Source of the DNA: Candidatus Poseidoniales archaeon
GTDB lineage: Archaea > Thermoplasmatota > Poseidoniia > Poseidoniales > Thalassarchaeaceae
Reading direction: 5' to 3'
Assembly (NCBI GenBank): GCA_012959435.1
Contig: DUDF01000172.1
Location: 1-56,903, forward strand
DNA: 56,903 bases
Shown here: positions 46,878-56,903 of the stretch, one piece after another
Numbering within the stretch: the stretch's first letter is position 1
Layout: every line of letters starts with the position of its first letter
Notes under the pieces: generated by a model
What the model was told of the DNA's origin: nothing
Seen by the model: the letters and a program-made list of their open reading frames with translations, nothing else
Database searches by the model: none
Made by a program: the position numbers and the translations under genes

Positions 46878-49800
46878 TTGAGCAAGAAGAAACTGACAAC
46901 AATTGTGTCGAGCGTACGCTTTAGCCTCGCTTTGGTCTTACTTCTAGTGGCCATGCCATGGGCTAATTTTAGTAGCCAACCTGAGGTGTTAAACACAGAT
47001 GAAACAGTTTCCTTCAGTAACGATATTTGGAATGAGACGCCTTTCAGAAATGTTGCAATCCCAGAAACATTCACTTTTCTAAATCATATTGACTATTCTG
47101 ATGTTGGCGTCCTGATAAACAACAAAAGTGAGGCAAGTAAAACCATAGGTTATGCTTTTGTTGCCGCCCGTAATATTAGCGCTAACCATATTTTTCTTTT
47201 TGATAATGACAGTACCCCTACTGCAGAAACCATCAACCCAACCCAATTTGACACTTATTTCGCAGAGCCGTTACGACAAATGATTAGTGACCGTAATCTG
47301 ACTACAGAACTCAATTATCTAGTCACCACCAAAGGAATCCCTCTTAGAATCAATGGGCCAGGTAATGGCAAAGCTGCCTTCGATTCTGAAATCGGTTTGG
47401 TTAACGGCGCATTCAACTCCACAATACACCAAAACTGGTGGGCATCACATACCTATGGACCAGGTGCTGGTGAGGAAATGAAACAGTTTTCACGCCAAGA
47501 AGAGGGCTTCTATTTGGTCACTAGATTAACAGGATACACAGTGGAAACTGCACTCGGCCTAATTGACAAAGCAAACAATTCGTTCGGCCAGAGAGGACAG
47601 GGTGTGTTGGACCTCGCTACAAACCGTAATAGTTCGGGATACAAATGGTGGAACGATTTGCTCTATGCGGCTAATACGACATTAAATGGTAGCATGGAGA
47701 TTCCAGTCCACTTCAATCAAAATTCTACTTTTGTGACAAATGAATCAAATGTGATGTTGTACGCTTCGTGGGGATCTAATGATGGCTCATGGAATTCCAA
47801 CTGGCTACCAAATTCCGGCTTTGACACTGCTGGTAGCGGATGGGGGACGGGTGCTAAATATTGGAATTCCACTAATCCACCCCTCGTAGGAAATGAGGGT
47901 TTTACTTGGGTTAGGCAAACCGCTGTAAAAAAGAATGGAAATGGAGCACTTGAAGGGGCTTTAACAGCCGATATATGCACAGTAACAGAGGCAAGCGCAA
48001 CCTCTGGTCTACTGGCTGAATATTTTGACAATAGTGGAGTAACATATAACTCTAGTTTGATGCCAGATTTATCTAGTAGGAATCCTGACTATTGGCGCTC
48101 TGAGCCCGATATTAACCACGCAGTAACAGGAGGGACGTGGGCTGGACTTGACAGTAGTCAATTCAGTGAATATTATTCTGCCCGACATAGTGGCGCCATC
48201 ACAATACCAGATAGTGGAAACTGGACTTTCTACCTCAACAGTGATGATGGGTCCAAATTGTGGATTGATGGCATAGAAGTTATCAGCAATATGGGAGTTC
48301 ACGGAATGAGAGAAATCGCTGGGACAATATGGCTCGCCTCTGGGACCCACACGCTCCGCAGTGAGTTCTTTGAGCATGGAGGGCATGCGGGACTCATTCT
48401 TTCTTGGCAAGGGGCAAATCAGAGTAAACAGGTAGTACCCTCCTCTGCTTTCACGAGGGGGGTAGCCGATTCAGTTACTACTGATTTAGCACATCACTGG
48501 TCCTTTGACGATGGCTCTGGAACTAATATCACTGATTCAATAGGATCTGCAAACTTAACTCTATTCAACAGCAATAATGGTATTGGGTGGCAGCAGTGTC
48601 TGTTTGGAAATTGTTACCAATTTGACGGAGTTGACGATTATGCAAAAATCGATGTCAACGACTGGGCTGGGAACTTTTCAGTCTCATTGTGGACCAAAAC
48701 AGGAAATGTTAGCCAAGACCGTTATTCTTCCGCCTTTGCAGTGAATGATGTCGCTGGCGATTCCGCCTCTTTCCAAATTATGACTAGTGGCTCAAATTCT
48801 GGTGATTGGGAAGTTTATCACAACGCCTCGTATTCATTTGGAGCTATTGAAGCTGGAGTTTGGACGCATCTAGCAGTCACCTACGAAAACAACACATTGA
48901 AGCAATATCTCAATGGTAAATTAATACAAACAAACGTCGTACTAAATGGAAGTATTGATAGTATTGAACTATACAAAGTAGGCGTCAACAGGGGTGGAAA
49001 TACCCACTATGAAGGATTGATTGATGACTTGAAAGTTTGGAACAGAACCCTACAGGATTCTGAGGTGGCGGAAATTAATGCTGCTGCTGCTGTAACTTGT
49101 TCCGACTACAGCAATGCAGGAAGTGGTGAAACATCTGTAGAACAAGATTATGATTTCAGTGATGATTTGAAAGATCATGCTTGGATAATCTATGGTTACG
49201 GACTGAAAGATGGTTGGATTGCTGGAAATTATCGAATAGAAGTAGACTCCTTTGACGATAACGGTACACTGCTTGAAACCAATACAAGTTCAACACAAAA
49301 TTTGGCAACCTCGTGGAATTCGAAAACTATGCGTTTCAGGCCACCTGCAAACGCTTCATCATTCAAAGTCAAAATGGTTGCATTACTTGATTCAGGTAGT
49401 AGAAATGGTTCAGTCTACTTTGATACTATGAATCTCAGGGCAATCAGACCACACTTTGAATGGGTTGATGGTAGTATTGCCGAGACCGCTGTGAGCACAG
49501 GTGGCAGGACCTTCGCATGGGGAGCGTCGTACGGGCAGAGCCTAGTGGTCGATCTCTTAGAAGATGGAGTATCAGGAGTGAAGGGGTACGTTTACGAGCC
49601 TTACCTTTCAGCAGTTGGTTATCCAAATATACTTCTCCCCTACTACGCTTATGGTTACAATTTTGCAGAAGTTAATTATGCTGCTAGTCCCTTAATTTCA
49701 TGGATGGGGACTGTGGTTGGCGACCCTAAGATGGCACCTTATTCTGATATTCTTCACGATATCGAAGTAGAGGCAGTTAGAGCAGACGGTCGGTTGACGG

Positions 49801-52124
49801 CTGATGTCAACGGGAGTATTGATGTATTGTTGCAAAATCTCGCACCAGGCCCCGTAAATGGCACCCTAGAGGTGCGAGACAGAAATGGTAATACAATTCT
49901 TGCAAATGTGACAATTCAGATGCCCGGTGGCAATGAAATCGGTTCTCGACGTATTGTTTCAGTAAATATTACTCCAACTAGAATTGGCTTCAACGAGTAT
50001 GTTATCCGCTACATTGCAAGTGACTGGAAAAATCCTGAGCGTGTTGTTGATAACAATCTCGGTATCCTCAATATTCAGGTTAATGAACCCCCTCTTATCA
50101 ATAATTTAGTCTGCTCATCGTGGACTGTTAGCAGAGGGGATACTGTTGGCTGTACAACCACAGCCAGTGATGACTTCGGCGTAGTACAAAGTCGACTCGG
50201 ATGGCGACTTAATGGTAGTGGGGAAAACTGGACTTTCATCAATTCAACTAGTGTTGATTACATCGCTTGGTATAGTGGTTTGACAATCCCAACTAATATT
50301 GAATTAGGTACTCTTGACCTGATTGCTGAAGTTAGAGATGAGCAATCCCAGTACACACTTCTGCAACTTGATAATGCAATGGTGGTAACCAATGCTTTAC
50401 ACAATTGGTTTGGAGTACATATCGCAGGAGTAGATGCAAATGAGTGGAATGGAGTAACAACACTCTCACCATTCACTGCCCCAAAAACCGTGGTTCGTGA
50501 TACTGATATTATACTCACTGCCTGTGTTGTTGATGCAGACCATGACCCCTTAACTGAGTTGCCGATGATACTCACTGATAGCGGTAATGTAAGCGGTGTT
50601 GAGCCAACGGATAGCGAATTTTCAGATGTCTTTTGCTACCAAGCAACTTGGCGTTTAGATTGGGGTAGTGAAACTAGGGATGTCACCGTTTATCTTTACG
50701 ATTCGATTGGTAATCTGTTTACAACTAGATTGGTTTCGGTGCATGACGAGAAATTCATTGCAGATCTCACCCTTGTTGATTTTGGGGGAGACTTACTTAC
50801 TTTGGCGAAAGGCATAGGGGAGAGAATAGTAATCTCCCTATCTGATTATGATGACCCACTCTCAGACTATACTTACAATTTAACAGTTGAATGGCCAGGT
50901 CATTCAGAGTATACTCAGCAAGGAGAAATTAAGGCAGCAGAAATGATGCGTCAAAACTCCTCGGTCACTTTGCCCCCACCAGAGGCGGGATTAGTATTTG
51001 GTGAATTAATTGTCACATTAGAAATTACTGATATTGCAGCAAATGGTGAAAGTCAAGTTGTTGAAATGAATTGGACTATGCATCTGCAACCCCCTCTAGT
51101 ATACGATATTGGCTTCTGTGAGGGCGATGATACACCAATAACACGAGGAGATGAAATTCGTGGCTGGGTAATGATAGACCCTCATCGGATGATTGAAGGG
51201 GCATCAGTCAATCTTGCTCAATCAGGGAATATCAAACCAATGCAATCGAGTAAATGGGACTGGGATGATTGTCAATTCCCCGATTCTGAAGATTATCATT
51301 GGGGATTCATCATCTTAGCAGATAACAGTTTTACAGCTGGAGATGCAACCCTACAGATTATTGCAAGAGACATTGATGGTTTGAGTGCAGTTGGTGAATT
51401 TACTGTTGAAATTGAGTACGGAATTCCTGCAATAGTAAACCAATCAGGAGAAGTAATGGAAGGACAGTTAGGAGAACTTGAAGCAATTGTTCTCGACTCA
51501 GATGGACACGTTGGAACTGTATGCTCTTTCATCATCATTGACAAAAATGGCACGACGGTCATGGAGTCTGAAGGCCCACTACCTAGTACTGGTGTATTCA
51601 CCGCTCGCTGGATGCCACCTACTGGGGGGGCGCCGTTTGCATCAACTATTGGTTGCACTGATGAACAGGGACATCAAGTTGCTCACACTAGAAATGGCAT
51701 CACCCCACAACCGGTAATAGATAACAAAACCGATGATGTATTGAATCAAAGTTCTAATTCATCAGATTCAAATATGAATTTGGTTATGGCAGTTGGGCTT
51801 GCTCTACTAATAATTTCAGCCATTGGTATTACTCTCTTAGTAATGCGGTTACGCCCTCCAGACGAAGAAATTGAAGACGCTGAATTAGATGACGAAGAAA
51901 TTGTTGGATGGGCTGCACCTGCTGATTCACGAGCTGAAGGTGAACAAAATATTGCCATCGCTGAAATGGCCATGGAATCCCTAAGTGATGTCTCTGAATC
52001 CGAAAATAATTTGACAGGGGTTGAAGAAGTTCTCAATTCTGAAACGATAGAAGAACAAGATTCAGAACTTGATTGGATTGATGAAAACCCACTATTAAGC
52101 ACCTCTGATGAGCCAAAGGATTGA
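46878..52124 (+). CDS. Large membrane-anchored surface protein: TIGR03790-like domain interrupted by PA14 and LamG domains
   Basis: TIGR03790-like blocks (YLVTRLTGY, YASWGSND ... AETAVSTGGRTF, GVKGYVYEPYL, VGDP) flank PA14 (LNSDDGSKLWIDG) and LamG (WTHLAVT...YLNG, GLIDDLKVWNRTL). C-terminal TM plus acidic tail. Confidence 0.82.
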   Translation: MSKKKLTTIVSSVRFSLALVLLLVAMPWANFSSQPEVLNTDETVSFSNDIWNETPFRNVAIPETFTFLNHIDYSDVGVLINNKSEASKTIGYAFVAARNISANHIFLFDNDSTPTAETINPTQFDTYFAEPLRQMISDRNLTTELNYLVTTKGIPLRINGPGNGKAAFDSEIGLVNGAFNSTIHQNWWASHTYGPGAGEEMKQFSRQEEGFYLVTRLTGYTVETALGLIDKANNSFGQRGQGVLDLATNRNSSGYKWWNDLLYAANTTLNGSMEIPVHFNQNSTFVTNESNVMLYASWGSNDGSWNSNWLPNSGFDTAGSGWGTGAKYWNSTNPPLVGNEGFTWVRQTAVKKNGNGALEGALTADICTVTEASATSGLLAEYFDNSGVTYNSSLMPDLSSRNPDYWRSEPDINHAVTGGTWAGLDSSQFSEYYSARHSGAITIPDSGNWTFYLNSDDGSKLWIDGIEVISNMGVHGMREIAGTIWLASGTHTLRSEFFEHGGHAGLILSWQGANQSKQVVPSSAFTRGVADSVTTDLAHHWSFDDGSGTNITDSIGSANLTLFNSNNGIGWQQCLFGNCYQFDGVDDYAKIDVNDWAGNFSVSLWTKTGNVSQDRYSSAFAVNDVAGDSASFQIMTSGSNSGDWEVYHNASYSFGAIEAGVWTHLAVTYENNTLKQYLNGKLIQTNVVLNGSIDSIELYKVGVNRGGNTHYEGLIDDLKVWNRTLQDSEVAEINAAAAVTCSDYSNAGSGETSVEQDYDFSDDLKDHAWIIYGYGLKDGWIAGNYRIEVDSFDDNGTLLETNTSSTQNLATSWNSKTMRFRPPANASSFKVKMVALLDSGSRNGSVYFDTMNLRAIRPHFEWVDGSIAETAVSTGGRTFAWGASYGQSLVVDLLEDGVSGVKGYVYEPYLSAVGYPNILLPYYAYGYNFAEVNYAASPLISWMGTVVGDPKMAPYSDILHDIEVEAVRADGRLTADVNGSIDVLLQNLAPGPVNGTLEVRDRNGNTILANVTIQMPGGNEIGSRRIVSVNITPTRIGFNEYVIRYIASDWKNPERVVDNNLGILNIQVNEPPLINNLVCSSWTVSRGDTVGCTTTASDDFGVVQSRLGWRLNGSGENWTFINSTSVDYIAWYSGLTIPTNIELGTLDLIAEVRDEQSQYTLLQLDNAMVVTNALHNWFGVHIAGVDANEWNGVTTLSPFTAPKTVVRDTDIILTACVVDADHDPLTELPMILTDSGNVSGVEPTDSEFSDVFCYQATWRLDWGSETRDVTVYLYDSIGNLFTTRLVSVHDEKFIADLTLVDFGGDLLTLAKGIGERIVISLSDYDDPLSDYTYNLTVEWPGHSEYTQQGEIKAAEMMRQNSSVTLPPPEAGLVFGELIVTLEITDIAANGESQVVEMNWTMHLQPPLVYDIGFCEGDDTPITRGDEIRGWVMIDPHRMIEGASVNLAQSGNIKPMQSSKWDWDDCQFPDSEDYHWGFIILADNSFTAGDATLQIIARDIDGLSAVGEFTVEIEYGIPAIVNQSGEVMEGQLGELEAIVLDSDGHVGTVCSFIIIDKNGTTVMESEGPLPSTGVFTARWMPPTGGAPFASTIGCTDEQGHQVAHTRNGITPQPVIDNKTDDVLNQSSNSSDSNMNLVMAVGLALLIISAIGITLLVMRLRPPDEEIEDAELDDEEIVGWAAPADSRAEGEQNIAIAEMAMESLSDVSESENNLTGVEEVLNSETIEEQDSELDWIDENPLLSTSDEPKD

Positions 52125-52149
52125 ATGCCTAACCATTCTCCTCGGTTAC

Positions 52150-52383
52150 ATGGCAGTTGGATATGTACTCATTAACGTAAAACCAGGCTCAGAATTAGAG
52201 GTACATAGTGCAATCAATGCATTAGATATGGTTGAGGATGCAACTTTATTGTTCGGAGATTATGACCTCTTGGTCAAAATGACTGCTGAATCAATGAGTA
52301 GTATTGCTGCTGCAGTGGTTGAAAACATCCGTTCAATCTCTGGAGTAATTGATACTAAGACCCTTGCTGGTGCAGAACTGTGA
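52150..52383 (+). CDS. Stand-alone Lrp/AsnC ligand-binding domain protein
   Basis: GYVLINVKPG...LFGDYDLLVK...IRSISGVIDTKT; no HTH. Confidence 0.9.
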   Translation: MAVGYVLINVKPGSELEVHSAINALDMVEDATLLFGDYDLLVKMTAESMSSIAAAVVENIRSISGVIDTKTLAGAEL

Positions 52384-52687
52384 TGGATCTAACTAGCAAC
52401 ACCTATTCCCAGCCTATTTTCTAGAAGAAATATCAGGCGTTTCATGATTTCAATTCCCTTTTTCGGGGAATTGTGAAAGTCGTTTCCGTAATTCATCATA
52501 ATGTTATTATTTAATCTCAGATTCTATTAACCAGTTATAAATTTGGAAACGATGGACCTCTAGCCTACGCAAGTATTGCTATTCGCAATGGGGTACAGAG
52601 CCTCTAATGTGGCGCAGTACCACATTTATACGGGGTAATGCTTAAATAACTAATGAAAAAAGGTGGTGGTCACCGAGGTAATCTGAA

Positions 52688-52951
52688 ATGAGTAAGAAAT
52701 ATTTCGTCCTGATGGACGGCGGAAATGATACGAGCCAAGTGTTCGCGAGCAAGCAACCTAGGGGAGCAGCCCTGAAAGCAGCTAGTCGCGGAGAGACAAA
52801 CATCCACTTGCGTGAGCGCGGCGGTGGAGGCCGTGTTCATGTATTCAAGGGATGGAGAGAGCAGGTTGCAAAGCCAGCAAACGGCCCAGCGTGGCTACCT
52901 GACAAGGTCTGGAAGGCCAATGTCAAGAAGATACGCGTGGACCATCTCTGA
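52688..52951 (+). CDS. Non-histone chromosomal protein MC1
   Basis: F..KQPRGAALKAASRG...LRERG...VHVFKGW...PAWLP.KVWKANVKK. Confidence 0.93.
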   Translation: MSKKYFVLMDGGNDTSQVFASKQPRGAALKAASRGETNIHLRERGGGGRVHVFKGWREQVAKPANGPAWLPDKVWKANVKKIRVDHL

Positions 52952-52993
52952 TTGAAGTCAAATCACTTGATGAACTACACAAGTAATGCGAAC

Positions 52994-53039
52994 AGCCCGT
53001 TTGAGGGGGGATTCCTCCTCAAGCGGGCCATTTTTTTTG
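52994..53039 (+). terminator. GC hairpin followed by a T-tract, between convergent MC1 and sdhB
   Basis: GCCCGTTTGAGGGGG-att-CCTCCTCAAGCGGGC followed by TTTTTTTT. Confidence 0.75.
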
Positions 53040-53051
53040 TAAAAAATACGA

Positions 53052-53816
53052 TTACTTACGAAGGCCAACTTTCTTAGCAATCCAAGCGATAGGATCGTAA
53101 TATTCTGTCACAATTCTCTCCTTAAGTGGGATAATTGCATTGTCTGTGATACTTATTCCTGCAGGACATACTTCTGTACAGCAACGGGTGATATTACAAT
53201 ATCCAATACCATAATCATCTTTGATTTTCGCCAATCTATCATCAGTGTCCAAGGGATGCATCTCCAAATTAGCCAAACGAACAAAGAACCGCGGACCTGC
53301 AAATTCGTCAAACAACTTGTGCTCACGTAAAACGTGGCAGGTGTCAATACAAAGCATGCACTCGATGCATGCCCTAAATTCTTGAACACGGTCTGCTTCA
53401 TTTTGCTGGAATTTCCAATCAAACTCTGCCGGACCTGCAAGAGGGGGGATTGTCTTATTCAACTCATAAGCCCAAGAAACATCAACTACCAAATCTTTGG
53501 TTAGTGGAAATGCTTGCATCGGTTTAACCAATACTGGTTGGCCAGAAGGAGTCTCTTCCTCTATATCTGACATCCGAGTCATACACATCAAACGAGGCTT
53601 GCCATTTACTTCAGCGGAACAAGAACCACATTTTCCAGCCTTGCAATTCCAGCGACAAGATAGGTCTGGTGCATGCTCTGCCTGAATCTGATGAATTACA
53701 TCCAGTACGACCATCCCCTCATCCATCTCAACGGTGTAATCAACCATCTCACCACAAGGATCGCCATCCTCATCTGGCTCACCACGGAATACTCTGAAAG
53801 TGACATCTTTGCCCAT
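53052..53816 (-). CDS. sdhB: Succinate dehydrogenase/fumarate reductase iron-sulfur subunit
   Basis: CKAGKCGSC...C [2Fe-2S], CIECMLCIDTC, CNITRCCTEVCP. Confidence 0.94.
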   Translation of the reverse strand: MGKDVTFRVFRGEPDEDGDPCGEMVDYTVEMDEGMVVLDVIHQIQAEHAPDLSCRWNCKAGKCGSCSAEVNGKPRLMCMTRMSDIEEETPSGQPVLVKPMQAFPLTKDLVVDVSWAYELNKTIPPLAGPAEFDWKFQQNEADRVQEFRACIECMLCIDTCHVLREHKLFDEFAGPRFFVRLANLEMHPLDTDDRLAKIKDDYGIGYCNITRCCTEVCPAGISITDNAIIPLKERIVTEYYDPIAWIAKKVGLRK

Positions 53817-53817
53817 C

Positions 53818-55650
53818 TTACTCTTCCTCCTCATGTAAGTCAGATGCGTCAAGCAAATCCTTCAAGTCGTCTCTCATAGATGGATAAGTTCTGTGTTCTA
53901 GAACCATTTCACCTTTCCCATCCATCATAATTACGCTGTTAATTTTACCCCAATAACTGTGATCGGGGGTCGGGAAATCTTCACGGGTGTGCCCGCCTCT
54001 ACTCTCTTCACGAGCTAGTGCCGCCATTGCACACATACGACTGATGTCAATCATGGCATTGATTTCCAATGCTTGATGCCATCCTGGGTTGTATATTCTA
54101 CTACCACCTGGAGATGTTGCTTTGCCGCGTGTGGCGAATTCATTGAGGTCATCTAATGCTTCAGCGAGTAAATCCTTAGTGCGGATGATACCAACCTTTT
54201 CTTGCATCATTTTACGTAATTCATTAACCACTGTAGCAGGATTCTCTCCGCCTTCCCTACTGAAGGGCGCTAGAGTTTCAGCAACTACTTCGTCAATTTC
54301 TGACTGTGATATTTCTTCCCAGCCATCCATCTCCGCTGCAGCCTTTGCCGAATATTCTCCGGAGCGCTTGCCAAAAGTGATTAAATCAGAAAGGGAATTT
54401 CCTCCAAGTCTATTTGCGCCATGTAATCCAGTTGCTGCTTCACCGGCAGCGTACAAACATTGTACGGTTGTTTCCTGAGTTTGTGGGTCAACTTTGACTC
54501 CCCCCATGACATAGTGGGCTGTAGGACCAACCTCCATTGGTTGGGTTGTGATGTCAACTCCTGCTAGTTCTTTGAATTGATGGAACATGCCTGGCAACTT
54601 TTTCCTAACCTGTTCTTCATCTCGCCAAGAGATATCAAGATAAGCGCCACCATGCTCACTTGCTCGGCCTGCTTTAATCTCAGAATTAATAGCCTTAGCA
54701 ACAACATCTCTAGTGAGAAGTTCAGGAGGCCTTCGCTTGGTGGCTAACTTGCCATCAACCACCTCTTGTACCCATTCAAGAGCCTCTGATTCAGTATCAG
54801 CGAATTCAGGCTTGTACATTTCGGGGACATAGTTGAACATGAAACGATCACCTTCTGAGTTACGCAACATTCCACCTTCGCCACGTACTCCTTCAGTCAC
54901 CAAAATTCCTTTGACAGATGGTGGCCAAATCATTCCAGTAGGATGGAATTGGACAAACTCCATGTCACCCATTTCTGCGCCTGCCCAGTAAGCCAGTGCG
55001 TGTCCTTCCCCAGTATACTCCCATGAGCCAGAACAAACTTCCCAGCAACGGGTAATCCCACCGGTAGCAAGTATCATTGTTTTAGCTTTGAAAACGTGCA
55101 GAGTACCATCAGCGCGATTGTAAGCAAAACATCCCGTAGCCTTGCCATCATTAGTGAAAATCTTGCGGACGGTATATTCCATGAATACCTCCATTCCGCT
55201 GTGTATGCCTCTCTCTTGCAGAGTTCGGATCATCTCTAGACCAGTCGCATCCCCAATATGGGCGAGGCGAGGATAGGTGTGCCCTCCGAAGTTCCTTTGA
55301 TTGGTCAAACCGGCTGGTGTACGGTCAAAAATCGCACCCCACTGCTCAAGTTCACGAATCCTGTCAGGAGATTCTTTTGCATGGATTTCAGCCATGCGCC
55401 AATCATTGAGGTATTTACCTCCCTTCATTGTGTCACGAAAATGTGTTTGCCAGTTGTCACGAGGGTCGGCATTTCCTAGAGCAGCGGCGGCTCCACCTTC
55501 AGCCATCACAGTGTGTGCTTTACCAAGCATTGACTTGCAAACTATTGCTACCGATGCACCTTCACGAGTTGCTTCAATTGCGGCCCTCAAGCCCGCTCCA
55601 CCTGCGCCAATAATGACAACATCATACTCATGCGTAGTAACTTCAGTCAT
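53818..55650 (-). CDS. sdhA: Succinate dehydrogenase/fumarate reductase flavoprotein subunit
   Basis: GAGGAG, covalent-FAD His in AHTVMAEGG, QFHPTG, TEGVRGEGG, HYVMGG, HGANRLGGNSL, ESRGGH. Confidence 0.95.
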   Translation of the reverse strand: MTEVTTHEYDVVIIGAGGAGLRAAIEATREGASVAIVCKSMLGKAHTVMAEGGAAAALGNADPRDNWQTHFRDTMKGGKYLNDWRMAEIHAKESPDRIRELEQWGAIFDRTPAGLTNQRNFGGHTYPRLAHIGDATGLEMIRTLQERGIHSGMEVFMEYTVRKIFTNDGKATGCFAYNRADGTLHVFKAKTMILATGGITRCWEVCSGSWEYTGEGHALAYWAGAEMGDMEFVQFHPTGMIWPPSVKGILVTEGVRGEGGMLRNSEGDRFMFNYVPEMYKPEFADTESEALEWVQEVVDGKLATKRRPPELLTRDVVAKAINSEIKAGRASEHGGAYLDISWRDEEQVRKKLPGMFHQFKELAGVDITTQPMEVGPTAHYVMGGVKVDPQTQETTVQCLYAAGEAATGLHGANRLGGNSLSDLITFGKRSGEYSAKAAAEMDGWEEISQSEIDEVVAETLAPFSREGGENPATVVNELRKMMQEKVGIIRTKDLLAEALDDLNEFATRGKATSPGGSRIYNPGWHQALEINAMIDISRMCAMAALAREESRGGHTREDFPTPDHSYWGKINSVIMMDGKGEMVLEHRTYPSMRDDLKDLLDASDLHEEEE

Positions 55651-56522
55651 CACAAACCACCCCACAACACAATGTCAGTCCACCAACCCATTGTACATGC
55701 GTATATGTAAAAGTCAGCAAACATCACCCAAAATAATGAAAATAGCGCCCAATCTTTGTGATGGACATTTAGGAATGAACTCATACTCCACAATTTGTAT
55801 TTGAAACGAGCAACCCGCGAGGAGGTCCAATCATTTGTTCCACCTCCGACAAGATGACGGAAAGCATGGCATCCAAGTGTATAACCAGATAGAAGTATCA
55901 CATTGAGTGCGAGAATTAATGTTCCAACTGAAAAGCCCCAAGAGCCGCCTTCAAAGTGGGTTGAAAGCAATACATCGTACGATAGTATCAGTAGGTAAGC
56001 AAGAGCGGCATACATGAAATATCGATGCAAATTTTGGATGACAAGAAGTTTGGTTTCACCTTTGTAACTCTTCCAAGGGGCTAATGCCGGTTTGCTAACA
56101 GCACATGCTGTTGGTTGTTGCATATATACGCGATAGTATGCCTTACGGTAATAGTAACAGGTACCTCTAAAGCCTGCTGGGAAAATTAGAATGAACATTG
56201 CTGGAGACATCCACCAAAGAAATTCTGGAACTGGGCCACCCAGCCCTTCTCCACCAGGGATGATGAGGGGGCTAAACAGTGGACTAAGAACGTGACTTCC
56301 TTGATTTTCTATCGCCATGGTGCCTGCATGACCTCCCTGCCCCCCGGATAATCCGAAATCAGCAAAAATCCAAAAATCAGCCTCCATAAATCCACGCCAA
56401 GTAGAATATGCAATCATTATTCCAAGATAGATGGCCATTGCTGTAGGGCCTTTCCACCAAGCATCAATTCGGTCTGTAGCACCAAAGCCTTGACGCATTG
56501 GTAGTTTGACTGATTCACCCAT
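55650..56522 (-). CDS. Sdh1-type (Rv0249c-like) membrane anchor subunit
   Basis: Multi-TM protein with LSPLFSP, FRGTCYYYRKAYYR, YKGET, QNLHRYF, GCHAFRH. Its stop overlaps the sdhA start (TGATG). Confidence 0.82.
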   Translation of the reverse strand: MGESVKLPMRQGFGATDRIDAWWKGPTAMAIYLGIMIAYSTWRGFMEADFWIFADFGLSGGQGGHAGTMAIENQGSHVLSPLFSPLIIPGGEGLGGPVPEFLWWMSPAMFILIFPAGFRGTCYYYRKAYYRVYMQQPTACAVSKPALAPWKSYKGETKLLVIQNLHRYFMYAALAYLLILSYDVLLSTHFEGGSWGFSVGTLILALNVILLSGYTLGCHAFRHLVGGGTNDWTSSRVARFKYKLWSMSSFLNVHHKDWALFSLFWVMFADFYIYACTMGWWTDIVLWGGL

Positions 56523-56655
56523 GAACTTCAAACCCTATTCAACTCGCGGCGTGAGTCTATATCCTATCAACTTCACTACTCAAACATCAGTGCGATATTA
56601 CACGCCATGGTTTCAACCGTTAGCCTTGAAAGAGGCCGCTTACATCGATTGAGTA

Positions 56656-56757
56656 ATGGACTACGAGCCGCTGAGTATCTGCCTGAAATGTGGCTTCATG
56701 CCTGGTGCTTTCATCCCTGGGATGAAATGCCCCGAATGTGGACATGTGATGCTTTGA
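56656..56757 (+). CDS. 33-aa CPxCG-type zinc-finger microprotein (below the ORF-track cutoff)
   Basis: Translates as MDYEPLSICLKCGFMPGAFIPGMKCPECGHVML*, with CxxCG and CPxCG knuckles. Confidence 0.7.
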   Translation: MDYEPLSICLKCGFMPGAFIPGMKCPECGHVML

Positions 56758-56790
56758 GCATGCATGGTATTTGAGAACAATGAAGGTGGC

Positions 56791-56903
56791 TCAAGATAAG
56801 GCCGAGTAGTCAACATCGGCTTCCTCGATCTCAATTTCTTCAACATCCATTTGTGCCAACTGTAACTTTCCGCTCAACTCATCGTTGACTGCGTGCCAGT
56901 ATG
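56791..56903 (-). CDS. 3' end of a gene running off the window
   Basis: Open minus frame ...YWHAVNDELSGKLQLAQMDVEEIEIEEADVDYSALS* with an acidic tail like other proteins here. Confidence 0.55.
   Translation of the reverse strand, partial: YWHAVNDELSGKLQLAQMDVEEIEIEEADVDYSALS

Overview
Archaeal chromosomal window, most likely a marine Thermoplasmatota (Marine Group II/Poseidoniales-like). The markers are PCNA, Cdc6/Orc1, MC1, a TBP-fold protein, an archaeal GTP-dependent dephospho-CoA kinase domain, GGAGG/GAGGTG ribosome-binding sites and large C-terminally anchored surface proteins. The standout feature is a tightly coupled minus-strand operon: fabI-type enoyl reductase, a 2829-aa type I PKS/FAS megasynthase (KS-AT-degenerate ACP-KS-ACP-ACP-KR-DH) and an Sfp-type PPTase. 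Together these appear to form a complete ACP-dependent fatty-acid/polyketide synthase in an archaeon. Both intact ACPs carry Thr instead of the canonical phosphopantetheinylated Ser (LGIDT), and both KS domains keep a Cys-His-His triad. A second highlight is a ~270-nt GC-rich structured RNA (37917-38186, minus strand) with several kink-turn-like hairpins that I could not match by eye to RNase P or SRP RNA. The window also holds tRNA-Gly(TCC), a candidate oriC before cdc6, a divergent TBP paralogue, an MFS transporter fused to an extracellular domain, a split TIGR03790 protein, bacterial-type FBA/GlpX, moaE/moaC, a mycobacterial Sdh1-type succinate dehydrogenase operon and a 33-aa zinc-finger microprotein missing from the ORF track. 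No CRISPR array or mobile element was seen. All calls come from motif recognition by eye; no searches were run.
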